Shown: positions 11,729 to 22,558 of the stretch, piece after piece
Layout: each line of letters begins with the position of its first letter
Numbering within the stretch: position 1 is the first letter of the stretch
Source of the DNA: Pseudomonadota bacterium
Lineage (GTDB): Bacteria > Pseudomonadota > Gammaproteobacteria > Pseudomonadales > Pseudohongiellaceae
Direction of reading: 5' to 3'
Length of the DNA: 37,193 bases
Assembly: GCA_040387155.1 (NCBI GenBank)
Contig: JAZKEH010000216.1
Location: 13,066 to 50,258, forward strand
Position numbers and translations under genes: made by a program
Notes under the pieces: model-generated
What the model saw: the letters and a program-made list of their open reading frames with translations, nothing else
Told to the model about the DNA's origin: nothing
Database searches by the model: none

Positions 11729-12268
11729 TCACGCATTCATGGATTCGGCGAGCTTCTTCAATCGGCCACGCACAGAGCTGTCGATAACAAGGTCGCCGGC
11801 GCGTACTACGACGCCGCCAATCAGCGTGTTGTCCACGCTGGTGCTGAGTTTCACTTCGCGCTGAAGCTTCTGCTTGAGCAGCTTGCCGAGCTGTTGTTCA
11901 GCAGCGCTGTCGAGCGGGAAGGCGGACGTCACATCAACGTCCACAGTACGTTCACGCTCTGCTTTCAGTTGTTCGAACAATTCCGCGATTTCTGCGATCA
12001 AGGGCAATCGCTTATTGGCAGCAAGCACCAGTACAAAGTTTTGTACCGCCGCATTGAGTTCATTGCCGCACAGGTCAATCAGCGTCTGCGCTTGCGCGCC
12101 AGTGCCGCGCGAAGGATCGCCCAGGTAACCGGCCACGCGTGGCTGTTGCGCCACTGCTGCGAGAGTTGCCAGACCTTTCGACCAGTTGGCAAGTTGCCCG
12201 CTGCTTTCAGCCGAGCTGAAAGCTGCTTTCGCGTAGGGTCTGGCCATCGTGGTGAGTTGTTGTGCCAT
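11729..12268 (-). CDS. atpH: F0F1 ATP synthase subunit delta
   Basis: The 179-aa ORF starts MAQQLTTMARPYAKAAF (OSCP/delta pattern) and sits between atpF and atpA. Confidence 0.93.
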   Translation of the reverse strand: MAQQLTTMARPYAKAAFSSAESSGQLANWSKGLATLAAVAQQPRVAGYLGDPSRGTGAQAQTLIDLCGNELNAAVQNFVLVLAANKRLPLIAEIAELFEQLKAERERTVDVDVTSAFPLDSAAEQQLGKLLKQKLQREVKLSTSVDNTLIGGVVVRAGDLVIDSSVRGRLKKLAESMNA

Positions 12269-12287
12269 TGCGCAATATCCTCAGCGG

Positions 12288-12758
12288 TTACAGGCTGGCA
12301 GCCAGCTTGTTCAGCAGCTCGCTATGGGCTTTCGCATCCACGGAGCTCTGCAGGATTTTCTCGGCACCGGCTACTGCCAGTGTCGCTACCTGCTGACGCA
12401 GATGTTCGCGCGCCTGGCTGATCTGCTGTTCGATTTCGGCTTGTGCGCCGGCCTTGATGCGCTGACCTTCTTCACGGGCCTTGTCTTTGGCTTCGTCAAT
12501 GATCTGGTTCGCGCGCTTGTTGGCCGAGTCGATAACGCCGGCTGCGCTGGTCTTGGCCTCACGCAGCATTTCGGCAGCTTTCTCTTGCGCTACTTCAAGG
12601 TCTTTGCCGGCACGGGAAGCAGCCTCGAGACCGTCAGCAATTTTCTTCTGACGATCATTGAGTGCCTTCACGATAGGCGGCCACACGAGTGCGTGGCAAA
12701 ACCATGCGAAAAGGAAGAATGCGATTATTTGACCAATGATGGTTGCATTCAGATTCAT
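12288..12758 (-). CDS. atpF: F0F1 ATP synthase subunit b
   Basis: The 156-aa ORF has a single N-terminal TM helix followed by a long charged coiled coil, and its operon position fits. Confidence 0.93.
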   Translation of the reverse strand: MNLNATIIGQIIAFFLFAWFCHALVWPPIVKALNDRQKKIADGLEAASRAGKDLEVAQEKAAEMLREAKTSAAGVIDSANKRANQIIDEAKDKAREEGQRIKAGAQAEIEQQISQAREHLRQQVATLAVAGAEKILQSSVDAKAHSELLNKLAASL

Positions 12759-12861
12759 AGCAGTACTCTCACCTCGTGTTCACCTTACGGTCGCGGCGCG
12801 TCGATCACGCAGCAGTTGGGAACAGCTTTTCCAATCGAAAAGACGTGCGTTTGTGCCAGTC

Positions 12862-13107
12862 TTACACTGCGAACGGCTGAACGAAGATGAAGAACATCGC
12901 CATACCAACGCCGATAATGGAGATTACGTCCACGAAGCCGGCAACCAGGAAGAACTGGGTCTGCAGGCGCGGAGCCAGTTCAGGCTGACGTGCTGAGCTC
13001 TCGATCAGCTTGCCGCCGAGGATGCCGAACGCTACAGCGGTGCCGGCACCGCAGATGCCGAAAATCAGGGCTGCAGCGATGAGGGTGTTGGCGAATATAG
13101 TTTCCAT
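12862..13107 (-). CDS. atpE: F0F1 ATP synthase subunit c
   Basis: The 81-aa hairpin proteolipid has the ARQPE loop and a conserved carboxylate-bearing second helix (FFLVAGFVDVISIIGV). Confidence 0.95.
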   Translation of the reverse strand: METIFANTLIAAALIFGICGAGTAVAFGILGGKLIESSARQPELAPRLQTQFFLVAGFVDVISIIGVGMAMFFIFVQPFAV

Positions 13108-13159
13108 TGTTATCTCCAGGGTTGATGAAGGTTTACTGCTAAAACTGCGTTATGGTCGA

Positions 13160-14065
<906 letters not shown>

Positions 14066-14146
14066 TTACACCAGTTAACGTTTCGTTACTGCAGCGATTG
14101 GCTCTACCAGCCGCTGCAAACATTCAACTTAACAATCAATTTCAAT

Positions 14147-14521
14147 TTACCCAGGCTTGCGGCTGCCTAGCCGTGCCGCAATCAACATGCCGGCCACCTG
14201 TACGATCAAAAACCCGCCCATTACTGCGAGGGGGTTCAGTGGTTTCACCAAGGTAAATACCAAGGCGAAACCCAGACACATCTGGGCAATCTTTCCCAGC
14301 TCGGCAATGAAGGCACTACGAAGCACTTGTTCCATCGCGCGGGCACCGCTGTGCCGGAAGTATCGCACCATGAAATAGCTTCCCGGTATCAGGGATATCA
14401 GACCGCCCAAGGCAGTTGAGTATCCGCTGACAAGACCCAGAGCCAGCGTGACCACTACAACCATGGTCAGCCATACCAGGCTTTGGCTGGCAATTGCTCG
14501 GTAAATCGGGAATTTATGCAT
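14147..14521 (-). CDS. atpI: ATP synthase protein I
   Basis: The 124-aa small hydrophobic protein is the first gene of the atp operon, the expected position for AtpI. Confidence 0.8.
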   Translation of the reverse strand: MHKFPIYRAIASQSLVWLTMVVVVTLALGLVSGYSTALGGLISLIPGSYFMVRYFRHSGARAMEQVLRSAFIAELGKIAQMCLGFALVFTLVKPLNPLAVMGGFLIVQVAGMLIAARLGSRKPG

Positions 14522-14550
14522 GGCCTGCGGCCGCCCGTCGAAGGCGGCGC

Positions 14551-14579
14551 ATTATATGGGCTGCATTTTTTGGCGGCAA
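14551..14579 (-). promoter_or_regulatory. candidate sigma70 promoter of the atp operon
   Basis: On the minus strand, TTGCCG (14579-14574), a 17-nt spacer and TATAAT (14556-14551) lie about 30 nt upstream of the atpI ATG. Confidence 0.5.
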
Positions 14580-14638
14580 CCCAAAGAGGCCTGATTTTTC
14601 AACCTGATTCGGGATTCTCCGCTGTGTCGGTGTAGGCA

Positions 14639-15562
14639 CTAGCGGATATGCGCGAGGATGCCGTCGAGCTGATCCAGCGAACCGTATTTTAGAATCAACC
14701 GTCCTTTTCCCTTGGCGGTGTGTTCGACCAGCACTTCGGCCCCCAGCTTTTCAGAAAGCTCATCCTGCAGGGCACGGATATCGGGGTCAGGCTCACTGCC
14801 GGCTTTGGCGGTTTTTTTTCCGCTCTGCAGGGAGCGGACCAGGGCTTCAGTCTGGCGTACCGAGAGGGACTTGGTTATCACGGTGCGCGCTGCCGCCACT
14901 TGCTGCTGTTCTTCGAGCGCCAACAAACAGCGGGCATGACCCATCTCGATGTCGCCGTGCTCCAGGCATGTACGTACCTCTGGATGCAGGTTCATCAGGC
15001 GCAACAAATTGGTTACTGCTGAGCGGGACTTTCCTACAGCGTCTGCCACCTCTTGCTGTGTCAGTGAAAACTCATCCTGCAAGCGCTTGAGCGCAATGGC
15101 TTCCTCCATCGGATTGAGATTTTCGCGCTGGATGTTTTCGATCAAGGCCATCGCAATCGCGGCGTTGTCAGGTACTTCTCTGACAAGGGCTGGAATTTTG
15201 TCCAGGCCGGCCAGTTGAGTGGCGCGCCAGCGACGTTCACCAGCGATGATTTCGTACTTGTTGGCGCCGATAGGGCGCACAACGATAGGCTGCATCACAC
15301 CCTGCTGCTTTATCGAGTTAGCCAATTCTTCCAGTGACTCGGCGCGAATGTCCTGCCGGGGCTGGTATTTGCCTGGCTGTATGAATTCAACGGGGATATG
15401 GCGCAAGGTGCCATCAACGGATGTCGCTTCCAGCGAAATTGGAGGAGATGGTTCTGTTACCGGAGCATCGAGTGGCTTTTCCGGCGCAGGCGGTTTGGCT
15501 GCTTTGACACCGCCCAACAAGGCGTCCAGCCCCCTACCCAACCCAAGTTTTTTGGTCGCCAT
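14639..15562 (-). CDS. parB: chromosome partitioning protein ParB (Spo0J)
   Basis: It has the N-terminal LGRGLDALL motif, the ParB box IVVRP...YEIIAGERRWRA and an HTH. I place the start at ATG 15562, 2 nt after the parA TGA. The ORF-track TTG at 15568 would overlap parA. Confidence 0.94.
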   Translation of the reverse strand: MATKKLGLGRGLDALLGGVKAAKPPAPEKPLDAPVTEPSPPISLEATSVDGTLRHIPVEFIQPGKYQPRQDIRAESLEELANSIKQQGVMQPIVVRPIGANKYEIIAGERRWRATQLAGLDKIPALVREVPDNAAIAMALIENIQRENLNPMEEAIALKRLQDEFSLTQQEVADAVGKSRSAVTNLLRLMNLHPEVRTCLEHGDIEMGHARCLLALEEQQQVAAARTVITKSLSVRQTEALVRSLQSGKKTAKAGSEPDPDIRALQDELSEKLGAEVLVEHTAKGKGRLILKYGSLDQLDGILAHIR

Positions 15563-15564
15563 TC

Positions 15565-16386
15565 TCAAGCCTCGCTTGCAAGCTGTTGCGGTTCTGCAAT
15601 CTCGCCCGTGCCGGCGCTGCGGCGCAATATCTCGCCCGCCAACGCCAAGTAGGCCAGCGCACCGCTGGAAGCTTTGTCATAAACAATTACCGGCAGACCG
15701 TGGCTGGGCGCTTCTGCCAGTCTCACATTGCGCGGGATTACCGTGCGATACACCGCATCGCCAAAATGTTGCTTGAGCTGCTCGGAAACCTGCTGGGTGA
15801 GATTATTACGAGGATCAAACATGGTCCGGATGAGTCCTTCAATTTTCAGGTCCGGATTCAGTGCTTGCTGTATGGCCTCTATCGTATTGGAAAGTGCGGA
15901 GAGGCCTTCCAATGCATAGTACTCACACTGCATGGGAATCAGTACCGCGTCGGCGGCAACCAGTGCGTTGAGTGTCAGCATGTTGAGTGATGGGGGGCAG
16001 TCCACGAGAATGTAATCGTAATCGGCAGCCACCGTAGCCAGCGCTGTTCTAAGTCTCAGTTCCTTGCTTTCCATTTCCAGCAATTCAACTTCGGCAGCAG
16101 TCAGGTCGCCATTGGTGGGCAGCAGCGCGTAACCTGCTGGTTCAGCCTGCACAATGGCATTGCGCATTTCACTTTGTCCGGTCAGGACTTCATAGGTGCC
16201 TGCGGCAATAGAATTCTTGTCGATGCCGCTGCCCATCGTCGCGTTGCCTTGCGGGTCTAGATCGACCACCAGCACTTTTTTCTGCATACGGGCCAACGAA
16301 GCTGCCAGATTAATAGTGGTCGTGGTTTTGCCCACGCCGCCCTTCTGGTTGGTTACCGCAAAAATCCTGGCTCCGTTATTAACCAC
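15565..16386 (-). CDS. parA: chromosome partitioning ATPase ParA (Soj)
   Basis: It has the deviant Walker A motif NQKGGVGKTTT and a GTG start at 16386. The ParA/Soj pattern holds throughout. Confidence 0.94.
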   Translation of the reverse strand: MVNNGARIFAVTNQKGGVGKTTTTINLAASLARMQKKVLVVDLDPQGNATMGSGIDKNSIAAGTYEVLTGQSEMRNAIVQAEPAGYALLPTNGDLTAAEVELLEMESKELRLRTALATVAADYDYILVDCPPSLNMLTLNALVAADAVLIPMQCEYYALEGLSALSNTIEAIQQALNPDLKIEGLIRTMFDPRNNLTQQVSEQLKQHFGDAVYRTVIPRNVRLAEAPSHGLPVIVYDKASSGALAYLALAGEILRRSAGTGEIAEPQQLASEA

Positions 16387-16449
16387 AACCTGCTACCTGT
16401 TCAATTCTTGTTAGTGAAACCAGTCGTTTGGAAATTTCTTTGCTTCCAC

Positions 16450-16473
16450 TTTCGATTGCATTTTTCGATTGCA
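16450..16473. repeat. tandem direct repeat, 2 x TTTCGATTGCA with 13-bp period, in the rsmG-parA spacer
   Basis: The copies lie at 16450-16460 and 16463-16473. On the coding (minus) strand they read TGCAATCGAAA twice, about 65-90 nt upstream of the parA start. Confidence 0.6.
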
Positions 16474-16513
16474 CTACTGCTGTTGATGCGTCCGGTTTTG
16501 ATAATTGCCGCTT

Positions 16514-17170
16514 TTATTTTTCCTGCACAGCATCGCGTCGTATATCCAGCAGATGCCGCGTAACGTTAGTGCCGGGTACATGCAGCGAGTGACTGGCAAA
16601 CAGCTTGAACCCTGCGGGCAGATCCGCAAGTTCCGCCTCCGGAAATTGCCCTTTCATGGCCAACAAACTTCCGGAGGCACTCAACAGATGTTGACTGCTT
16701 TCGATAAAATTGCGGAGGGATGCAAAGGCTCTGCTGGTGACGATAGCAACTTGGGGGGTTATTGCATAGTCTTGCGCGCGCGCGTGCACAGCATGGACAT
16801 TGCGTAATCCGATACTGTTCGCAGTCTGAAAAATAAAGCGGGTTTTCTTGCTGTTGCTGTCGATCAGAAAAAATTCTGTTGTCGGCTTGCAGATAGCAAG
16901 CACCATCCCAGGCAATCCTGCACCGGTTCCCACATCAGCCACGCTGTCGCCATTCACAAACGGCAACAGTGTCAGGCTGTCGATGATGTGCAGCGTGAAC
17001 ATCTCTTGCAGATCATGCAGTCCACTGAGGTTATAGGCCTTGTTCCATTTGTGGAGTTGGGCGAGATAGTCGAGCAATTGGGTCTGTTGTTGTTCGGTTA
17101 CAACCAGTTTCAACTCGCCAATCGCAACGGCGAGCTGACGTTGCAGAGAGACTTTTTGTTCGGTATTCAC
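16514..17170 (-). CDS. rsmG: 16S rRNA (guanine527-N7)-methyltransferase
   Basis: The 218-aa ORF has the GidB pattern (WNKAYNLS, DVGTGAGLPG SAM motif) and sits 18 nt downstream of mnmG. Confidence 0.94.
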   Translation of the reverse strand: MNTEQKVSLQRQLAVAIGELKLVVTEQQQTQLLDYLAQLHKWNKAYNLSGLHDLQEMFTLHIIDSLTLLPFVNGDSVADVGTGAGLPGMVLAICKPTTEFFLIDSNSKKTRFIFQTANSIGLRNVHAVHARAQDYAITPQVAIVTSRAFASLRNFIESSQHLLSASGSLLAMKGQFPEAELADLPAGFKLFASHSLHVPGTNVTRHLLDIRRDAVQEK

Positions 17171-17188
17171 TGTTGCAGCGCCAGCATG

Positions 17189-19117
17189 TCAGGCAATTCG
17201 TGTAAGGCTGTCAGCTTGTTTGTCTGCTGATTCCTGCAGTTGGTGTTTTTTCAAATAAACAAGCACCAGCGATATGGCCGCCGGCGTAACACCAGGAATA
17301 CGTGAGGCGCGTCCGATGCTGTCTGGTCGGTTATCGGACAGTTTTTGCTTTAGTTCGTTGGACAAACCTGGGATGCCACGGTAGTCGAAATTGTCGGGCA
17401 ATCGAGTGTGTTCCTGCCTTTTCAATTTTTCAATTTCATCATATTGGCGATCGATGTAGCCCTGATACTTCACCTGAATTTCCACTTGCTCTGCAACTTC
17501 CGGTATCGGCATCTCTGCGCGTAAGCCGGTGAGTACGCAGGCGTTCGCAAGCTGTTCATAATTGACTGAGGGTCGCGCCAGAATTTCACTTAATCGATAT
17601 TCATGCGACATGGAATTTTCCAACCAAGGATTAATTTGCGCAGCCAATGCTGTTCCTGGTTGTACCCATTGCTCGCGCAACCACTTACCCTCTTTTTCGA
17701 CGGCTTCGCGCTTTTCACAAAACGACTGCCAGCGGACATCATCCACCAGGCCAAGTTTCCTTCCAGTTTCTGTCAGACGGAAATCAGCGTTGTCCTGGCG
17801 CAGCAACAAGCGATATTCAGCGCGCGAAGTAAACATGCGATAAGGCTCGCGTGTGCCTTGCGTCAGCAAATCGTCCACCAATACGCCGATATACGCTTCG
17901 TCACGTCCCGGGCTCCAGCTTTCTTTTCCTTGTGCCGCCAGCGCCGCATTGGCGCCGGCAAGCAAGCCTTGTGCTGCCGCTTCTTCATAGCCGGTGGTGC
18001 CATTGATCTGGCCTGCGAAGTACAACCCTTTGATATGTTTCGTTTCAAACGACGGCGTCAAATCGCGTGGATCAAAAAAATCATATTCGATTGCATAGCC
18101 TGGTCGAACAATATGCGCATTTTCAAAACCCTTGATCGATGCAATCAATTTGCATTGGGTTTCAAATGGCAGGCTTGTAGAGATGCCGTTCGGATAGAGT
18201 TCATGCGTCGTCAAACCTTCTGGTTCAACAAAGATCTGATGTCCTGTGCGATCGGCAAAGCGAACAACCTTGTCTTCAATCGATGGACAGTAGCGCGGAC
18301 CTACTCCTTCGATTACACCGGCATACATGGGTGATTGATCAAGCCCACCGCGGATAATGTCGTGTGTTTGCTCATTGGTGTTCGTGATGTAGCAACTCAC
18401 TTGCTGAGGGTGTTCTTCCACACGCCCGAGATACGACATGACAGGTATTGGCGTATCTCCGGGTTGTTCCACCATGACGGAGAAATCCACCGTGCGGGCA
18501 TCCAGTCTAGGCGGAGTGCCGGTTTTCAGACGACCTACTCTCAGCGGCAATTCACGCAGGCGCTGGGCCAGCGCAATGGCAGGTGGATCACCTGCACGTC
18601 CTCCAGAATAATTTTTCAGACCGACATGAATTTTTCCGCCCAGGAATGTGCCCGTGGTGAGTACAACCTGACGTGCATAAAATTTGAGTCCCATCTGGGT
18701 GACGACACCTTCGACCTGCTCACCATTAACAATCAGATCATCAATGGCCTGCTGAAAAATTCTCAGGTTTGGCTGGTTCTCAAGAATTGCTCTGATCGCC
18801 GCTTTGTAGAGCACTCGGTCGGCCTGGGCTCTGGTCCCTCTCACCGCGGGACCCTTGCTGGCATTCAGTATCCTGAACTGGATTCCACCTTTGTCAGTTG
18901 CCCGTGCCATGGCGCCGCCAAGCGCGTCCACTTCACGGACCAGGTGGGCTTTGCCGATCCCCCCAATTGCGGGGTTACACGACATCTGGCCCAAGGTCTC
19001 CACGCTATGGCTGACCAGCAAGGTACTGGCTCCCATGCGGGCAGCTGCCAACGCGGCTTCCGTGCCGGCATGGCCACCACCGACAACGATGACGTCAAAG
19101 CGATCCTGGAAACCCAT
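17189..19117 (-). CDS. mnmG: tRNA uridine-5-carboxymethylaminomethyl(34) synthesis enzyme MnmG (GidA)
   Basis: The 642-aa ORF has the N-terminal FAD motif [15 protein letters not shown] and is GidA-like throughout. Confidence 0.97.
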   Translation of the reverse strand: MGFQDRFDVIVVGGGHAGTEAALAAARMGASTLLVSHSVETLGQMSCNPAIGGIGKAHLVREVDALGGAMARATDKGGIQFRILNASKGPAVRGTRAQADRVLYKAAIRAILENQPNLRIFQQAIDDLIVNGEQVEGVVTQMGLKFYARQVVLTTGTFLGGKIHVGLKNYSGGRAGDPPAIALAQRLRELPLRVGRLKTGTPPRLDARTVDFSVMVEQPGDTPIPVMSYLGRVEEHPQQVSCYITNTNEQTHDIIRGGLDQSPMYAGVIEGVGPRYCPSIEDKVVRFADRTGHQIFVEPEGLTTHELYPNGISTSLPFETQCKLIASIKGFENAHIVRPGYAIEYDFFDPRDLTPSFETKHIKGLYFAGQINGTTGYEEAAAQGLLAGANAALAAQGKESWSPGRDEAYIGVLVDDLLTQGTREPYRMFTSRAEYRLLLRQDNADFRLTETGRKLGLVDDVRWQSFCEKREAVEKEGKWLREQWVQPGTALAAQINPWLENSMSHEYRLSEILARPSVNYEQLANACVLTGLRAEMPIPEVAEQVEIQVKYQGYIDRQYDEIEKLKRQEHTRLPDNFDYRGIPGLSNELKQKLSDNRPDSIGRASRIPGVTPAAISLVLVYLKKHQLQESADKQADSLTRIA

Positions 19118-19220
19118 GGTGGAAGCCTGAGGGGAAATTTGGGGGTGGCGAATTATACGCGGATTCGGAGTTCAGTCCCGGGTACTTCTTTTTTGTTTGG
19201 TCGGGAGTTGGTTATCCAGA

Positions 19221-19260
19221 ATATTATTTATATATGTATATGAAGTTATGTATTTTGATA
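19221..19260. other. sharply AT-rich 40-mer (candidate DNA-unwinding element and/or mnmG promoter region)
   Basis: ATATTATTTATATATGTATATGAAGTTATGTATTTTGATA has 5 G/C in 40 nt. It is flanked by the DnaA-box-like 9-mers TTATCCAGA (19212-19220) and TGTGGATGA (19290-19298). Confidence 0.4.
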
Positions 19261-19405
19261 CTACTACTGCTATTAAGGGCGCTGATTTGTGTGGATGACT
19301 GCCATCTTTACTTTGGATTCATGCACTTGCACCAAGGGTAACCCTGTAGAGAAGCCCCCTTATAGCCAGCGTCCATTGTTGTAGAACCCGGTATAAAACT
19401 GCCGC

Positions 19406-19414
19406 TTATCCACA
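19406..19414 (+). promoter_or_regulatory. consensus DnaA box TTATCCACA in the mnmG-mnmE spacer
   Basis: This is an exact 9/9 match. Nearby are 8/9 matches at 19212-19220 and 19290-19298 and 7/9 matches at 19489-19497 (TTATCCCAA) and 19500-19508 (CTGTCCACA). Confidence 0.6.
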
Positions 19415-19543
19415 CCGACAGCCAGCATTCAAAACAACCCACAAATGCTCTACAGCTTGTTCGCAAATCTGGCAGACAGTCCCGGCATTTATCCCAAGAC
19501 TGTCCACAGGAAATACTGACGTTATTCTCTTGTGGTTTGCGCG

Positions 19544-20902
19544 CTACTTGCCTATGCAAAAGCTACTGAAGATGGCGCCGAGCAAATCGTCCGTGGTGAA
19601 CTTGCCGGTAATTTCATCGAGGGACTGCTGAACCTTACGAAGTTCTTCTGCAACAAGCTCGCCTGCTTTCAGTTCTTGTAAACAATGCAGAGCGGCATAC
19701 AAGCCCGAAGCAGCGTTGGTGAGGGCAATCAGGTGACGACGACGGGCTATGAAGCCGCCATCAACAGCAGGGTTAAAGCCCGCGCATAACTTGAGATGAT
19801 CCTTGAGAAGCGTTAGACCAGTTCTTTTATGTGCCGACAGAAATAACTCAACAGGCGCGGAATTGGTGTTGGCATGAGCTTCTATTTCACAAAGGTCAAT
19901 CTTGTTAAAAACGACGGTCAATTGCTGCGCAGATAGTGCTGAGAGCTCCTTCCACAACGGCAGGGAGCGATAGTCCAGGGTTTGCTGAGCATCAACCAGC
20001 AGCAACACGTGATCGGCTCTGGTGATTGCAGCGCGAGCACGTCGAATACCCTCTTGTTCAATCGGATCATCACTGTCACGCAGCCCAGCTGTATCAGTCA
20101 GGTGGATGGGAATACCATCCAGTGTTATTTGATGTCGCAACATGTCGCGAGTGGTGCCGGCCACAGGCGTAACAATCGCGACCTCTTCGCCACTGAGCGA
20201 ATTAAGCAATGTGGACTTGCCAGCATTGGGTGCGCCGGCTATTACGACCTGCAGGCCTTCTCGCAGCAAGCTGCCCTGTTTCGCCTGCGCCAGAATCTGC
20301 TCCAACAGTGTCAGCTGAGCCTGCAAGCGCTCCGCAATATTACCTGCGTTGAGGAAGTCGATTTCTTCATCAGCAAAATCGATGGAGGCTTCAACATAGA
20401 CGCGCAGTGCGACGACATCAGACACAAGTTGCGTGATTAGTTTGGAGAAGTCTCCCTGCAGGGAGCGCACCGCATGGCGTGCTGCGGCAACGCTGCTGCT
20501 GTCTATCAGGTCTGCAATAGCTTCGGCTTGCGTGAGATCCAGCTTGTCGTTGAGAAAGGCGCGTTCGGAAAATTCGCCAGGTCTTGCGAGACGGGCACCC
20601 TGCACCGCCAGGGTTTGCAGCAACTGATCAACAACTACCGGACTGCCATGGCAATGGAACTCGCAGACATCTTCGCCAGTGAAAGAGTGAGGCGATTTGA
20701 AATACAGCGCGAGTCCGGCGTCTATCAACTCACCAGCAGGCGAGCAGAATTTTGCAAACAGGCATTGTCGCGGTGCCGGCGTCAAACCAGTCAGCTGCAG
20801 ACATAAATCAAGGGTCTTCGGCCCCGAAACCCGGATAACACTGATCCCGCCCTTGCCCGCGGGAGTGGCAAGCGCGCAGATAGTGTCGACGGATGGGATC
20901 AT
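19544..20902 (-). CDS. mnmE: tRNA modification GTPase MnmE (TrmE)
   Basis: The 452-aa ORF has the G-domain motifs GAPNAGKST and DTAGLR and the canonical C-terminal FCIGK. It starts 3 nt after the yidC stop. Confidence 0.96.
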   Translation of the reverse strand: MIPSVDTICALATPAGKGGISVIRVSGPKTLDLCLQLTGLTPAPRQCLFAKFCSPAGELIDAGLALYFKSPHSFTGEDVCEFHCHGSPVVVDQLLQTLAVQGARLARPGEFSERAFLNDKLDLTQAEAIADLIDSSSVAAARHAVRSLQGDFSKLITQLVSDVVALRVYVEASIDFADEEIDFLNAGNIAERLQAQLTLLEQILAQAKQGSLLREGLQVVIAGAPNAGKSTLLNSLSGEEVAIVTPVAGTTRDMLRHQITLDGIPIHLTDTAGLRDSDDPIEQEGIRRARAAITRADHVLLLVDAQQTLDYRSLPLWKELSALSAQQLTVVFNKIDLCEIEAHANTNSAPVELFLSAHKRTGLTLLKDHLKLCAGFNPAVDGGFIARRRHLIALTNAASGLYAALHCLQELKAGELVAEELRKVQQSLDEITGKFTTDDLLGAIFSSFCIGK

Positions 20903-20905
20903 GAA

Positions 20906-22558
20906 TTAGCTGTCAGCAGTAACCGTTTTGAGGCGGGAGTTGAAATACCACTGCTGCAGAATGCCAAGTAGCGCGTTGGCCAGGTAATACAGAACGAGAC
21001 CAGCTGGAAACCACAAGAAGAAAACGGAAAAAATAACTGGCATGAACTTCATCATTCTTGCCTGCATGGGATCCGTGGTGGGCATTGGATTCATGTGTTG
21101 CTGCACGTAATAAACCGCGCCCAGCAGAATTGGCAATATGAAGTAAGGATCCAGCGCAGACAGATCCTGGTACCACAGGAAAAAGGGAGCCTGGCGTAAC
21201 TCGACACTTTCATTCAGTACCCAATAAATGCCTAGGAACACAGGCATTTGCAGGAACATCGGCAAGCAGCCGCTGAAGGGGCTTACCTTTTCCTTTTTCC
21301 ACAACTCCATCTGGGCTTGCATCAATGCCTGCTTGTCATCGCCATGACGATCTTTCAGCTGAGCGATTTTTGGCTGCAGACGTTTCATGCCAGCTTGTGA
21401 TGCAAACTGTTTGGCAGACAACGGATAGAACAAGGTGCGGATTACAACGGTCAGCAACACGATGGCGACGCCATAGTTGCCAACGAGCGCGTTGATCCAG
21501 CTGAGCAAGTGAAAGACCGGATTGGCGACAAACCACAGCATGCCGTAGTCGATGGTGAGGCCAAGGTTCGGAGAGATCTCCTCCAGACGGTCCTGATTTT
21601 TCGGGCCAGCCCAAAAGGCGCTTTCAAGAGTCAAAGATTGGCCTGGAGCAACCGCGTGTTCACCGCCAACGAAACCTAACAGGTACTCACCACGATCATT
21701 GCGGCGCACGCTGAACGTATTCTGTTCTGACTCTGCAGGGATCCATGCACCCAGAAAATAATGCTGCGAGAAAGCAATCCAGCCACCCATCATTTCGACA
21801 GGTTCTTCCCCATCATCAATGTCTTCGAAATCAACTTTGATGTAGGGATCGTCAGTGGACGTCATGGCGGCGCCAAGAAAGTTATTGAGACGCATGCCGT
21901 TGCTGCCATCAGTATTGGAGCCATCGCGCTTGATCTGACCAAACAGATTTACGCTCCAGTCCGAGGCTCCCTTGTTATCAACAATAAATTGCTGACGAAT
22001 CAGATAATCATCCGCGCTGAAAACAAAACGTTTGGTGACGGTGACGTTGTCAGCAGCTGTTGCTGTGAGGTCAACGGTGAGTTCGCCGCTTTCGATGCGA
22101 TAGGAAGTTTGTGATGAGCTGTAGCGTGGGCGGCCGGCACCACTCGCATCGGGACCGTTGCGACCGATGAGTCCGCTTTGGGCAACGTAGGTACCGCTAC
22201 TGTCATTTCTCAGCAACACCGACGGCTCATTTGGTGTTTCGAGCGCGGCGGGATAACGCGGCAGCGCCAGCGAAACAATGTCTCCGCCGACAGGATCAAT
22301 CATTACATGCTGACTCGGCGTTTCTACGGAAATCAGTGAGGACCGCGTAGCGGCGGCGGCCTGAATCGGCAAATCACCATTTGCGGCAGCGGGAGCCGTG
22401 GGTAAGTCCAATGATTGAGACTGTGGTGAAGGAGAAGTTACAGCGGCAGCAACAGGCTCCGTTGGAGCCTGCGTCTGATAGTCCTTGTTCCAGGCCAGCA
22501 ACAGCAAATAGCTGACAATGGCCAGGGCGGCGATGAGTAAATTACGTTTGTGATCCAT
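20906..22558 (-). CDS. yidC: membrane protein insertase YidC
   Basis: The 550-aa ORF has an N-terminal TM segment, a large periplasmic domain and the C-terminal 60 kDa-insertase core (PLSAKQFASQAGMKRLQPK...). Confidence 0.96.
   Translation of the reverse strand: MDHKRNLLIAALAIVSYLLLLAWNKDYQTQAPTEPVAAAVTSPSPQSQSLDLPTAPAAANGDLPIQAAAATRSSLISVETPSQHVMIDPVGGDIVSLALPRYPAALETPNEPSVLLRNDSSGTYVAQSGLIGRNGPDASGAGRPRYSSSQTSYRIESGELTVDLTATAADNVTVTKRFVFSADDYLIRQQFIVDNKGASDWSVNLFGQIKRDGSNTDGSNGMRLNNFLGAAMTSTDDPYIKVDFEDIDDGEEPVEMMGGWIAFSQHYFLGAWIPAESEQNTFSVRRNDRGEYLLGFVGGEHAVAPGQSLTLESAFWAGPKNQDRLEEISPNLGLTIDYGMLWFVANPVFHLLSWINALVGNYGVAIVLLTVVIRTLFYPLSAKQFASQAGMKRLQPKIAQLKDRHGDDKQALMQAQMELWKKEKVSPFSGCLPMFLQMPVFLGIYWVLNESVELRQAPFFLWYQDLSALDPYFILPILLGAVYYVQQHMNPMPTTDPMQARMMKFMPVIFSVFFLWFPAGLVLYYLANALLGILQQWYFNSRLKTVTADS

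Noticed and set aside
18335-19243. 302-aa plus-strand ORF antisense to mnmG that runs into the mnmG-mnmE spacer
   Set aside because: It is antisense to a strongly supported gene, and the protein has no recognisable features. The same reasoning applies to 33561-34469, 10746-11612, 4788-5588, 26005-26715, 17603-18334 and the other long antisense ORFs in the track.
19308-19559. 83-aa minus-strand ORF in the mnmG-mnmE spacer
   Set aside because: Its start lies inside the mnmE 3' end and it has no SD. The Cys/Trp-rich sequence is unlike any family I know. The region is better explained by DnaA boxes and promoter DNA.
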